From positions 1 to 35,804 of the forward strand of contig CAYHSI010000002.1 in the NCBI GenBank assembly GCA_964359225.1: a DNA stretch of 35,804 nucleotides. Reading direction: 5' to 3'. The position numbers and the translations under genes were made by a program. Below the pieces are notes generated by a model. The model was not told the DNA's origin, searched no databases, and saw nothing but the letters and a program-made list of their open reading frames with translations. Below are positions 23,153-31,668 of the stretch, one piece after another. This DNA comes from an uncultured Anaerolineaceae bacterium. Its GTDB lineage: Bacteria; Chloroflexota; Anaerolineae; Anaerolineales; E44-bin32. Positions within the stretch are counted from its first letter, which is position 1; each line of letters starts with the position of its first letter.

Positions 23153-24850
23153 ATGCGCAGGATCGGCTGGCAGCTTGCGATCGCCGTGGGCGGCTTGCTG
23201 CTCGTCCTGGGTCTGCTTCTCGGGCAGACTCCCGGCCCGGAGGCCGACCTGCTTCAGCCAGTCCAGGGAGGCTCCTACGCTGAGGCCTTGATCGGCCGGT
23301 CCGTTCGCTTGAACCCCCTGCTGGATCGCTACAACCAGGCCGATCGTGACATTGACCGATTGATTTACGGGAGCCTGATCCGCTTCAACTCCCGAGGCGA
23401 ACCGGTCCCGGAACTGGCCGAGAGCTTTGCGATCTCTGCCGATGCGACCCTCTATAACTTTACCCTGCGGGAGGATGTCCGCTGGCACGACGGCGAGCCG
23501 GTCACGGCGGATGATGTGATCTTCACCTTCTCCAAGTTCAAGGAAGGTGGGTTACCCGGAGACGACGATCTACGATCTCTTTGGCAGGAAGTCGAGATCG
23601 TCAAGCTGGACGACAAGAACGTCCAGTTTCAACTCTCAGAGAGCTACGCTCCTTTTCTTGACTATCTAACGGTTGGATTGCTGCCTGATCACCTGCTGCG
23701 AGGCGTCTCGGCGGCTGAGCTGGCCGACCACCCATTCAACCGCGAGCCGGTGGGGAGCGGACCCTTTCAGTTCGAGAGTTTCCTGCTGGCCGCGGATGGT
23801 CAGGTCGTCGGGGTAAGCCTGACTGCTTTCGAGCAGTATGCTCCCGGTCGGGCTTTCCTTGAGCGGATCGAGTTCCGGTTTTTCGCCGACTCCCAGGCAG
23901 CCCTCCAGGCGTTTCGGGACGGAACGGTAGATGGCATCGGCAATGTGACTAACGAGATTCTCGAGGCGGTGCTTGCAGAGCCTGGGCTCAACCTATACTC
24001 GGCCCGCTCCCCGCAGACCGCGACGGTCTTCCTCAACAATCGCAGCACCGACAAGCCCTTCCTGGCGCAGAAGGAGTTCCGCCAGGCGCTCTTGTTGGCG
24101 GTCAATCGTGAACAGCTCATTGGTTCCGTACTGGACGGGCAAGGGCTGCCGGCCGCCAGTCCGATCCTGCCGGGCAATTGGGCCCACATTGATGGATTGA
24201 ATCCGCTCCCGTATGATCCGGAGTTGGCCTCCGAGATTCTGAGCGACCTGGGTTGGGAGCTGCCGGCTGGGGTTGCCCGCGGTGCGCCGGAGTACGTCCG
24301 CGCCAACGGCGAACAAGAGCTTTCCTTCGAGCTGGCCTATCCTCAGGTTACGCTGTATGAGGAGCTGGCCTCCATGCTGCAGGTGGCATGGGCCGCGATT
24401 GGAATCCGGGCCGAGTTGGCCCCAGTCCCGCCCGAGGAGCTGCTTCCCGAGCGCCTGGAGCCGCGGCGCTTCGAGGCCGTGCTGGCCGAAATCGATACTT
24501 CCCAGTTGGGCGATCCGGATCCCTACCCCTTTTGGCACGACTCGCAGGTCGAGACCGGCCAAAACTACTCCGGCTATCAGGATCGCAACATCAGCATTTG
24601 GCTCGAGCAGGCCCGCATTACCCCCGACGTCCGGCGACGCCAGGCACTGTATCGAGATTTCCAGTATCGGTTTCGGGATCAGGTCCCGGCGCTGCTGCTC
24701 TTCCACCCGATATACAACTATGCGGTCAGCGCGGAAGTGCGCGGCGCCACCCTCGGCCCGATTCAAGACCCCAGTGATCGGTTTCAGCAGATCGCCCAGT
24801 GGTACGTGCTGATCCGGCGAGGATTCACCACAACCGAAGGGGCTGGTTGA
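23153..24850 (+). CDS. ABC transporter substrate-binding protein, family 5 (peptide/nickel/oligosaccharide type)
   Basis: 565 aa. N-terminal hydrophobic anchor or signal. Family-5 SBP-like blocks (YTFTLREDVRWHDGEPVTADDV..., GSGPFQFES). No permease or ATPase genes adjacent. Confidence 0.8.
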   Translation: MRRIGWQLAIAVGGLLLVLGLLLGQTPGPEADLLQPVQGGSYAEALIGRSVRLNPLLDRYNQADRDIDRLIYGSLIRFNSRGEPVPELAESFAISADATLYNFTLREDVRWHDGEPVTADDVIFTFSKFKEGGLPGDDDLRSLWQEVEIVKLDDKNVQFQLSESYAPFLDYLTVGLLPDHLLRGVSAAELADHPFNREPVGSGPFQFESFLLAADGQVVGVSLTAFEQYAPGRAFLERIEFRFFADSQAALQAFRDGTVDGIGNVTNEILEAVLAEPGLNLYSARSPQTATVFLNNRSTDKPFLAQKEFRQALLLAVNREQLIGSVLDGQGLPAASPILPGNWAHIDGLNPLPYDPELASEILSDLGWELPAGVARGAPEYVRANGEQELSFELAYPQVTLYEELASMLQVAWAAIGIRAELAPVPPEELLPERLEPRRFEAVLAEIDTSQLGDPDPYPFWHDSQVETGQNYSGYQDRNISIWLEQARITPDVRRRQALYRDFQYRFRDQVPALLLFHPIYNYAVSAEVRGATLGPIQDPSDRFQQIAQWYVLIRRGFTTTEGAG

Positions 24851-24862
24851 GGACCGGCCCGA

Positions 24863-24871
24863 TGATATAAT
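24863..24871 (+). promoter_or_regulatory. Extended -10 promoter element upstream of the S1-domain gene
   Basis: TGaTATAAT, 21 nt before the ATG at 24893. Confidence 0.35.
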
Positions 24872-24892
24872 CCCCGGCTTCAATCCCAAGGC

Positions 24893-25606
24893 ATGAGCGA
24901 ACCCAAGCTCGAAAACATACAACCCGGTGAGCGAGTCAGCGGCACCGTAACCAGCGTAGAGCTGGCCGGTGCGTTCGTGGACATCGGCGCCGGTGTCCCA
25001 GGGTTCCTCCACATTTCGCGGCTGAAGCCAGGCAAGGTCAACCGGGTCGAGGACGTGTTGGTGCCCGGCCAGACTGTTGAACTATGGGTCAGCCGAGTGG
25101 ATCCGGTGGCTCGGCGCCTCGAGCTCAGCATGATCCGGCCAGTAACCCTGAAGTGGGGCGAGATCCAACCCGGAATGCAATTGCGGGGAGAGGTCATTCG
25201 GATTGAACCCTTCGGGGCGTTTGTGGAGGTCGGGGCCGACCGACCCGGGCTGGTCCACGTAAGCGAAATCAGCGACGAGTATGTTCGCGATCCACGGGAC
25301 CAAATCCGGGTCGGTGAAGAGCTGGCGGTGACAGTGCTAGAGGTCGACCGGAAGAAGAAACAGATCCGGCTCAGCCTGAAGGCTGCCCAGCCGGCAGAGG
25401 AGCTCGAGCCGGAGGAGGAGCAACAGCTACCGACTGCGATGGAACTGGCGTTGCGCCAGGCACTGGAGGCGGCTCCACCCAACCGGATTGCCGGGAAACC
25501 CAAAGCCAAGCCTGATCAGCATCGGAATGAATTGGAGGATATCCTCGCCCGAACTCTGTCTTCCAGATTGCGGACCTCGAGCGGGGAATCAGAGGAGAGT
25601 AAATAA
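24893..25606 (+). CDS. RNA-binding protein with two S1 domains and a charged C-terminal tail
   Basis: 237 aa with two repeats of the S1 pattern: GERVSGTVTSVELAGAFVDIG...GFLHIS and GMQLRGEVIRIEPFGAFVEVG...GLVHVSEIS. Confidence 0.8.
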   Translation: MSEPKLENIQPGERVSGTVTSVELAGAFVDIGAGVPGFLHISRLKPGKVNRVEDVLVPGQTVELWVSRVDPVARRLELSMIRPVTLKWGEIQPGMQLRGEVIRIEPFGAFVEVGADRPGLVHVSEISDEYVRDPRDQIRVGEELAVTVLEVDRKKKQIRLSLKAAQPAEELEPEEEQQLPTAMELALRQALEAAPPNRIAGKPKAKPDQHRNELEDILARTLSSRLRTSSGESEESK

Positions 25607-25625
25607 AGGCGCCCGGATGGGCGCC
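25600..25625 (-). terminator. Intrinsic terminator of the rel / DUF1540 transcript (shared convergent gap)
   Basis: Minus-strand RNA GGCGCCC-AUCC-GGGCGCC followed by UUUAUUUA. The tail overlaps the TAA stop of the plus-strand S1 gene. The plus-strand tail is weak. Confidence 0.55.
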
Positions 25626-25654
25626 GCCAGACTTTCGAGAGTGACGATTAGCGG

Positions 25655-25903
25655 TTAGGCCTCTTCCTCTTCGGCCCAGGTGTCGTCTTCCTCTTCATCC
25701 TCATCGGCCTTGTACAGTTCCTCATCGTCTTCTTCCCAGATCTCTTCCAACTCTTCGTCGTTCAGCTCCTCGTTTGCCCCAACTTCAGCGACATGGGTGT
25801 AGGTCATGCATCCCTCGTCCGGGTCGATTTCGACCGTTGAGGCGCCGCAGTAGCCGCCCTCCAGGAACACACAGTCGATGTAATGGCAGCGGATCCTAGG
25901 CAA
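25655..25903 (-). CDS. Small DUF1540-like four-cysteine protein with hyperacidic C-terminal tail
   Basis: 82 aa. TTG start with a GGGAGGG Shine-Dalgarno 3 nt upstream. IRCHYIDCVFLEGGYCGASTVEIDPDEGCMTY fits the DUF1540 Cys pattern. 25 of the last 39 residues are D/E. Lies 27 nt downstream of rel. Confidence 0.7.
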   Translation of the reverse strand: MPRIRCHYIDCVFLEGGYCGASTVEIDPDEGCMTYTHVAEVGANEELNDEELEEIWEEDDEELYKADEDEEEDDTWAEEEEA

Positions 25904-25930
25904 CGGCCCTCCCTGACACGGTCTCGGTCA

Positions 25931-28093
25931 TCATCCCGGCTGGACGCGGCGTGCTTCCAGTACGTTCGGTAGGGCCTCCAGTCGATTCAGAAGCCGACTC
26001 AGTTGGGGCAGGTCCGTGATCCCCATGACCAAATCAAAGATGGCAAGACTCTCCGTGGTGGAGACATGGATCGAAGTCATATTAATACCCTCATTTGACA
26101 CCAGCGTCGATACATCTCGCATCAGGCCGTCGCGATCGTAGGCCCGGATTCGGACCGACACCGGAATGGTCCGCTTAGCCTGACCCCACGACACGCTGAC
26201 CAACCGCTCCTTGTCTTTCATCCGGAGCACATTGGGGCAATCCTTTCGGTGAATGGTTGCTCCCCGCCCGCGGGTGACGTATCCGATGATCTGATCGCCA
26301 AGCATCGGGTTACAGCATAGCCCAAGTTTGGTCAGCAAACCGCTCAGGCCCAAGACCTGCACCTCCTCGGCGCTGTGCACAGCCGCCGGCCGGCGCTCCA
26401 CCTGAGGGGCGAACCCGAGTTTTACCTCGTCTCGCTCCACCACTCGTTTGACGATTTTTCCCAAGTTGATGTCGCCCACCCCGACCGCGGCGTAGAGATC
26501 ATCGCCGCCGGAGTAATTCAAATCCTGGGCGAGCTTGTCGATTTGGATCCCGTCGATTCCGAGCCGCCGCAGCTCACGGTCGACCAGCAGCCGGCCATGG
26601 GTGAGGTTCTGCTCTCGGTCTTGTTTGCGGAACCACTGTCGAATCTTGGTCCGGGCCCGCTGGCTTCGCACCATCTCCAGGCTTGGATTGAGCCAATCCC
26701 GGCTCGGACCCCCGCGCTTGGCGGTGAGGATTTCAACCGAATTGCCGGTCTTCAGCCGGGTATCGAGGCTGACCAACTTGCCGCTGATCTTTGCTCCGCG
26801 GCAGCGGTGGCCGATTTCGGTGTGGATGTGATAGGCGAAGTCGATCGGGGTCGAGCCTCCGGGCAGATCGATGATGTCTCCCCGCGGGGTAAACGCATAG
26901 ACTCGATCCTCAAACACGTCCGACTTCATTGCGTCTACAAAATCGCCTGCGTCGGTCACGTCTTGGCGCCACTCCATCAATTTGCGGAGCCAATTGACCC
27001 GCCGCTCGAACCCATCGTCGCGTACCCGTCCTTCCTTGTAACGCCAATGGGCCGCGATTCCGAACTCGGCATTTTCGTGCATCTCGGGGGTCCGGATCTG
27101 CACTTCCAGGGTCTTACCGTCCTCGAATATCACACCCGTATGCAGCGATTGGTAGAAGTTGTCTTTGGGGGTTGCCACGTAGTCATCGAAGGTCCCAGGC
27201 ACCGGGCGCCACTGTTTGTGGATCACCCCGAGCGCCAGGTAGCAGTCCGATTCGGAGCTAACCATGATCCGGACGCCCCGCAGGTCGAATACTTCCTCGA
27301 AGGCCAGACCTTTGCGCTCCATCTTGCGATAGATGGAATACAGATGCTTCGGCCGACCCTGAACTTCTGCGGTGATTCCATTCGCCGCCAACAGACTTTG
27401 GACCTCTTGAGCGATATGGCGCATATTATCTTCTCGGTCCGGTCGGCGGCTATCCATCCTTTCGGCCAGATTCTTGTACTCTTCCGGATAGACGTAGCGA
27501 AAGGCCAGATCCTCCAGTTCCCACTTCACCTGCCAGATTCCGAGCCGGCTGGCGAGGGGAGCAAAGATCTCCAGGGTCTCCTCGGCAATGCTCTCCCGCT
27601 TCTCTTTCGGTAAGTGCGAAAGGGTGCGCATGTTGTGCACGCGGTCGGCCAGCTTGATCACGACCACCCGCACATCTTCGCCCATCGCCAGGAATGTCTT
27701 ACGCAGAGTCTCCTTGGCCAGCTCGCCTTTGGAGGCCCGATCCGTTTTGCCGGTAGCCTCCAGCTTGCTGACCCGTGGGAGTTGGGTCAGCTTGGTCACC
27801 CCGTCGACCAGCGTGGCGACTTCCTGATCAAACTCCTGGTTGATTTCCTCAAGGGTGACGGAAGTGTCTTCCACCGTGTCATGCAACAGGGCCGCGACCA
27901 CGGTAGCGATCGGAGCGCCGAGCTCGGCCATGATGGTCGCCACCGCCACACAGTGATTGATGTAGGGTTCGCCGGAAGCCCGCTTCTGTCCCTTGTGGGC
28001 CCGACCTGCGAACTGATAGGCGCGCTCGATCCGTTCGCGATCCGCGGCCGAAGTGTTCTCAGGGAGGGCGTCGAGCAGGCGTTGGAGTTTCAT
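25931..28093 (-). CDS. rel: Bifunctional (p)ppGpp synthetase/hydrolase (RelA/SpoT homologue)
   Basis: 720 aa. HD hydrolase domain (HDTVEDT), synthetase domain (YRSLHT-like YQSLHTGV, EVQIRT), then TGS and ACT-like C-terminal regions. Confidence 0.95.
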   Translation of the reverse strand: MKLQRLLDALPENTSAADRERIERAYQFAGRAHKGQKRASGEPYINHCVAVATIMAELGAPIATVVAALLHDTVEDTSVTLEEINQEFDQEVATLVDGVTKLTQLPRVSKLEATGKTDRASKGELAKETLRKTFLAMGEDVRVVVIKLADRVHNMRTLSHLPKEKRESIAEETLEIFAPLASRLGIWQVKWELEDLAFRYVYPEEYKNLAERMDSRRPDREDNMRHIAQEVQSLLAANGITAEVQGRPKHLYSIYRKMERKGLAFEEVFDLRGVRIMVSSESDCYLALGVIHKQWRPVPGTFDDYVATPKDNFYQSLHTGVIFEDGKTLEVQIRTPEMHENAEFGIAAHWRYKEGRVRDDGFERRVNWLRKLMEWRQDVTDAGDFVDAMKSDVFEDRVYAFTPRGDIIDLPGGSTPIDFAYHIHTEIGHRCRGAKISGKLVSLDTRLKTGNSVEILTAKRGGPSRDWLNPSLEMVRSQRARTKIRQWFRKQDREQNLTHGRLLVDRELRRLGIDGIQIDKLAQDLNYSGGDDLYAAVGVGDINLGKIVKRVVERDEVKLGFAPQVERRPAAVHSAEEVQVLGLSGLLTKLGLCCNPMLGDQIIGYVTRGRGATIHRKDCPNVLRMKDKERLVSVSWGQAKRTIPVSVRIRAYDRDGLMRDVSTLVSNEGINMTSIHVSTTESLAIFDLVMGITDLPQLSRLLNRLEALPNVLEARRVQPG

Positions 28094-28110
28094 CGGGTCC
28101 TTCTGGGAAA

Positions 28111-28139
28111 AGTATAGCCAGTGGCTGGCCAGCCTTCAA
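28111..28139 (-). promoter_or_regulatory. Sigma70-type promoter for rel
   Basis: Minus strand TTGAAG (28139-28134), 17 nt, TATACT (28116-28111). GAAGGA Shine-Dalgarno before the ATG at 28093. Confidence 0.5.
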
Positions 28140-28209
28140 GGGGTCCCCAGGGGTCGCCGGCTCCTCCAGCCAACCGGCGGGGGAATGTTGCAGCCGCGGA
28201 TGGACCGGG

Positions 28210-29328
28210 TCAGCCCTGGCTTGCGGGGAGGATCGGAGCCGATGGCACCCGTTCGATCCAGTAGTCGCGGATCGTGATCTCGGCCGCGTCCCGCGACGTG
28301 CTCAGCCACTCATCAAAGGCGAGGGCGACCGCAGATCGAAATTCGGAATCGCTCAGCTCTCGATCTTCGTGCCCCAGGATCTCAATAATATGCCAGCCGA
28401 AATCGCTCTGGACCGGTCCGACGATCTCTCCGACCTGGCCGGCAAAGGCGGCCGCTTCGAAAGGTTCGACCATGCGGCCCCGGGCAAACCATCCGAGGTC
28501 GCCGCCATTTGCCTTGCCGGCCTCGTCGGTTGTGTGCTCCGCTGCCAGCGCTTCCCAGTCGGCCCCGGAGCGAGCCTGTTCAAGCAGATCTGCTGCCAGC
28601 GTCTCTTCGGCAACGAGAATATGCCGCGCCCAGACCTGCTGTTGCACACGGGGGACCTCCGGTTCGAATGTCTGTCCCAGCCGCTCGCGATAGAGCTGAG
28701 CCTGCAGCTCGGAACGAACTGCGCTGTCATTGACCCCGAATGACCCGAGGTTGGTTAGAAAGGCCTGATAGTTCCGTTCGAACAGGTCTCGGGTATAGGG
28801 AGTGGCGACGGCGGCACCGGGGGTCGTGCTGGGTGGGCTGGGGGTGGGACCGGATTCGCTAAACCCGAAGTTCTCCTCGATGGCCTGATCGAGATCCTGC
28901 GCGGTCACCAGGATCCCGCGGCGCTTGGCTTCCTGCTCGACCAAGACCTCCTGGATCAACCCATCCAGGACCGAACTCCCAACGAACAGCGGGTTCCCCA
29001 ACTGCTGAGATACGTTGTTCAATTGGGATTGGTAGGTCGAGCGAGCCTGCGCGTCGTCTCCCACCACAGCCAGGATGCTGGTAAGGCTCGAATATTGAGA
29101 CTGCAAGTTGTACTGCACCAGCTTCACCCGATCGCGGAAAGTACCGGTCGAGATTTCCTGCGCGTTGACAATCGCCACAGGCTGGGGCGGCTGAATCACG
29201 TTTACCTGGACCCAGCCATAGGTCAGCAACCCAATCACCAGCAGGAGGCTGAGCCCTGCGCCGGCGAGAATGCGGTTGCGCAGGGTCTGTTCCCGATCCG
29301 CTCTGGCGATGTGCTTGGGAGTTAGCAA
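28210..29328 (-). CDS. Membrane-anchored parvulin-type peptidyl-prolyl isomerase (PpiC/PrsA/SurA-like)
   Basis: 372 aa. N-terminal TM helix. C-terminal parvulin domain (ARHILV..., GGDLGWFARGRMVEPFEAAAF, GPVQSDFGWHII). TTG start. Confidence 0.8.
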   Translation of the reverse strand: MLTPKHIARADREQTLRNRILAGAGLSLLLVIGLLTYGWVQVNVIQPPQPVAIVNAQEISTGTFRDRVKLVQYNLQSQYSSLTSILAVVGDDAQARSTYQSQLNNVSQQLGNPLFVGSSVLDGLIQEVLVEQEAKRRGILVTAQDLDQAIEENFGFSESGPTPSPPSTTPGAAVATPYTRDLFERNYQAFLTNLGSFGVNDSAVRSELQAQLYRERLGQTFEPEVPRVQQQVWARHILVAEETLAADLLEQARSGADWEALAAEHTTDEAGKANGGDLGWFARGRMVEPFEAAAFAGQVGEIVGPVQSDFGWHIIEILGHEDRELSDSEFRSAVALAFDEWLSTSRDAAEITIRDYWIERVPSAPILPASQG

Positions 29329-29368
29329 GGACCGCGCGGTTAAGTCGCGATGCCCGGTTGCGGCCCGG

Positions 29369-29638
29369 TTAGCGGAACCGCTCCGCCGCGAAGGGAAGCA
29401 GCGCCAGGTGGCGGGCTCGTTTGATCGCCCGACCGAGCATCCGTTGATGGCGGGCGCAGGCCCCGCTGTCTCGGCGCGGCCGAATCTTTCCGGAATCGTA
29501 GGTAAAGCGCTTCAATAACTCGGGCTGCTTGTGGTCTATTGATTCGGCCTGGTCGGCGCAAAACTGACAGGCGCGTGGCTTGCGGCGGAAGCGCCTGGCC
29601 GGCCCAGACTCGACCTGCTCATGGTCCTCTTCGCTCAA
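29369..29638 (-). CDS. rpsR: 30S ribosomal protein S18
   Basis: 89 aa. RRKPRACQFC...IDHKQPELLKRF...GKIRPRR.SG.CARHQR.L..AIKRAR.LALLP is typical of S18. TTG start in a TTGA overlap with the rpsF stop. Confidence 0.9.
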   Translation of the reverse strand: MSEEDHEQVESGPARRFRRKPRACQFCADQAESIDHKQPELLKRFTYDSGKIRPRRDSGACARHQRMLGRAIKRARHLALLPFAAERFR

Positions 29639-30021
29639 GTATTTGTCTCCTTTGCCGGCCCCGCGGGGGGCTCGCTGCTGATTGGGGTTAGGCCAGGACT
29701 GATGCTCGGCTGCGGGTCACGCGCCGGCGGCTGGACCCCCTCTTGTAGGGTGATCAGAAACCGGAGGACTTGCTCGCTCAGCCGGAGGTCCCGCTCGATG
29801 GCCAGGCCCGCTGTCGGGGGCATTTCGGTCTGGATAAATACATAGTAGCCCTCGGTCCGCCTACCGATCGGGTAGGCAAACCTGCGCTTCCCCCAACGAT
29901 CGACCTGGAGGGTCTTTCCCTGCCCGGCCTCCACCCAGGATTTCACTCGTTCCTCGAGCGCGGTCAATCCCTCCTCTTCAAGGTCGGGGTCCGCAATAAA
30001 TGCTACTTCGTACTTTCGCAC
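29635..30021 (-). CDS. rpsF: 30S ribosomal protein S6
   Basis: GTG start at 30021, 8 nt after AAGGAG, giving (M)RKYEVAFI..., the canonical S6 N-terminus. 128 aa with a Pro-rich C-terminal tail. The ORF-track start at 30156 is an upstream extension. Confidence 0.85.
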   Translation of the reverse strand: MRKYEVAFIADPDLEEEGLTALEERVKSWVEAGQGKTLQVDRWGKRRFAYPIGRRTEGYYVFIQTEMPPTAGLAIERDLRLSEQVLRFLITLQEGVQPPARDPQPSISPGLTPISSEPPAGPAKETNT

Positions 30022-30105
30022 TACACAAGCTCCTTTCCACGGGGCTGCCCCCTCCCGGACACGAGGTTGCGCCGGAGGGAGCGGAAAGTGAAGACTGGTT
30101 GAACT
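30022..30105 (-). promoter_or_regulatory. Structured rpsF 5' leader (candidate S6:S18 autoregulatory element)
   Basis: Minus-strand RNA: outer helix CUUUCC (30088-30083) / GGAAAG (30038-30033) overlaps the AAGGAG Shine-Dalgarno. Inner ~10-bp helix CUCCCUCCGG/CC(G)GGAGGGGG. Asymmetric loop CAGCCCCGU. Confidence 0.4.
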
Positions 30106-30109
30106 CCTC

Positions 30110-30138
30110 AGTTTATCACACCAGCGCCGCTTCGCCAA
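30110..30138 (-). promoter_or_regulatory. Promoter for rpsF-rpsR
   Basis: Minus strand TTGGCG (30138-30133), 17 nt, TAAACT (30115-30110), with TG at -15/-14 (extended -10). Confidence 0.45.
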
Positions 30139-30165
30139 CGGACGCATTTGTGCCATATTTCACGG

Positions 30166-30171
30166 TATAAT
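30166..30171 (+). promoter_or_regulatory. Possible -10 element for the PGM/PMM-family gene
   Basis: Perfect TATAAT 69 nt upstream of the ATG at 30241. No good -35 at 16-18 nt spacing. Confidence 0.3.
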
Positions 30172-30240
30172 TCCCTCCGCCCCGACGACCCACCCAACAT
30201 AACCATCAACCCAGCCCCCTCTCGGCAGGTGCGAAACGAC

Positions 30241-31668
30241 ATGGCCACGGATCCCATCCGGTTCGGAACCGACGGTTGGCGCGGCAGGATCGCCGAGAAC
30301 TTCACCTTTGCCGCGGTGCGCCGAGCATCCCACGGCTATGCGCAGTATCTGCTTGAAGCCGAGGGCTCGAGCCGCCCGGTCATTATTGGGTACGACAAGC
30401 GCTTCGCCTCGGAGAATTTCGCGGAGTGTGCCGCGGAGGTGCTGGCGGCCAACGGGCTCTCGGTCCTGCTCACCCGGGAGGCCACCCCGACCCCGGTCAT
30501 CTCCTTCGCGGTCGTAGCGAATTCCGCAGCCGGGGCAGTCAACATCACCGCTTCCCACAACCCACCCGGGGACAACGGATTCAAGGTCCGCGATCACAAC
30601 GGTGGCGCAATCGCCCCCCAGGGGCTCGCCGAGATCGAGGCCCGAATTCCAGATACGGCAGACTCAGTGCCCAGGCTCGCGCTCGCCGAAGGAATCCGAT
30701 CCGGATCGATCGCCTTCTTCGATCCGATCCCTCCCTACCTAAACCAGATCCAGGGCCTGGTTGACCTCGAGCGGCTGCGGGCGGCAGGCCTGACCGTGAT
30801 GGTGGACGCGATGTGGGGGAACGGCGCCGGCTGGTTCGGCCGCTTCCTGACCGGCGGAAAGACCCAAGTATTACAGATCCACGGCGAGCGCAACCCGATC
30901 TTCCCGGAAATGAGCCGCCCGGAGCCAATCCCACCCAACGTGGATGTCGGTCTGGCGGCTGCCAAGTCGCAGGCGGCCGACGTCCTGCTGGTCACCGACG
31001 GAGACGCGGACCGCCTGGGAGTCGGGGATGAGCACGGTGAATTCGTCGATCAGCTGCGGGTCTTCGCGCTGTTGGCCTACTACTTGTTGGAGGTGCGCGG
31101 AGCACGCGGTCCAATCGTAAAGACCCTGTCCACGACCTCCCTGCTGCATAAGCTGGGATCGATCTATCAGGTTCCGGTGTACGAGACCGGAGTTGGCTTC
31201 AAGTATGTCGCCCCGAAGATGCTGGAAGTCGACGCAATGATCGGAGGCGAGGAATCCGGCGGCTACGCATTCCGTCATCACGTGCCGGAGCGGGATGGAA
31301 TCCTCGCCGGGTTGTACCTGCTCGACATGATGGTCCAGCTTGGGCGGAAGCCCTCCGAGCTGATCAAGCTGCTCTTCGAGAAGGTGGGCCCCAGCTATTA
31401 CAAGCGGATCGATACCCCGCTTGAGCCGGCCGAACGCGAGGCACGCGAACAAGTGATCCAGTCGGCAGACCCGGATCGCGTTGGAGGACTCCGAGTGACC
31501 TCCATCAACCGCACCGATGGACACAAGTTTGAGCTCGAAGACGGAGGTTGGTTGCTGGTCCGCTTCTCCGGAACCGAGCCGATGGTCCGAGTCTACTGTG
31601 AGACCACTCAGGAGAAGCGGGTTGAGCCGATCCTCGCAGATGGTTTAAGGCTGCTCGGAGTGCGTTGA
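30241..31668 (+). CDS. Phosphoglucomutase/phosphomannomutase family protein
   Basis: Start at [15 protein letters not shown]. Active-site loop [13 protein letters not shown], metal loop [14 protein letters not shown]. 475 aa from the ATG at 30241. Confidence 0.85.
   Translation: MATDPIRFGTDGWRGRIAENFTFAAVRRASHGYAQYLLEAEGSSRPVIIGYDKRFASENFAECAAEVLAANGLSVLLTREATPTPVISFAVVANSAAGAVNITASHNPPGDNGFKVRDHNGGAIAPQGLAEIEARIPDTADSVPRLALAEGIRSGSIAFFDPIPPYLNQIQGLVDLERLRAAGLTVMVDAMWGNGAGWFGRFLTGGKTQVLQIHGERNPIFPEMSRPEPIPPNVDVGLAAAKSQAADVLLVTDGDADRLGVGDEHGEFVDQLRVFALLAYYLLEVRGARGPIVKTLSTTSLLHKLGSIYQVPVYETGVGFKYVAPKMLEVDAMIGGEESGGYAFRHHVPERDGILAGLYLLDMMVQLGRKPSELIKLLFEKVGPSYYKRIDTPLEPAEREAREQVIQSADPDRVGGLRVTSINRTDGHKFELEDGGWLLVRFSGTEPMVRVYCETTQEKRVEPILADGLRLLGVR

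Noticed and set aside
23993-25012. 339-aa ORF on the minus strand
   Set aside because: It is antisense to the substrate-binding protein gene and the start of the S1 gene. It has no motifs, and the stop-poor antisense frame is a GC artefact.
26375-27613. 412-aa ORF on the plus strand
   Set aside because: It lies entirely antisense to the well-supported rel gene. It has no recognisable motifs and an Arg/Pro/Gly-rich composition, typical of spurious antisense ORFs in high-GC DNA.
30022-30240. Upstream extensions of rpsF (to 30156) and of the PGM-family gene (from 30148)
   Set aside because: S6 has a canonical (M)RKYEV start at the GTG at 30021 with AAGGAG upstream. The mutase has a canonical FGTDGWRG start region just after the ATG at 30241. 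The two extensions overlap each other in the divergent promoter region.
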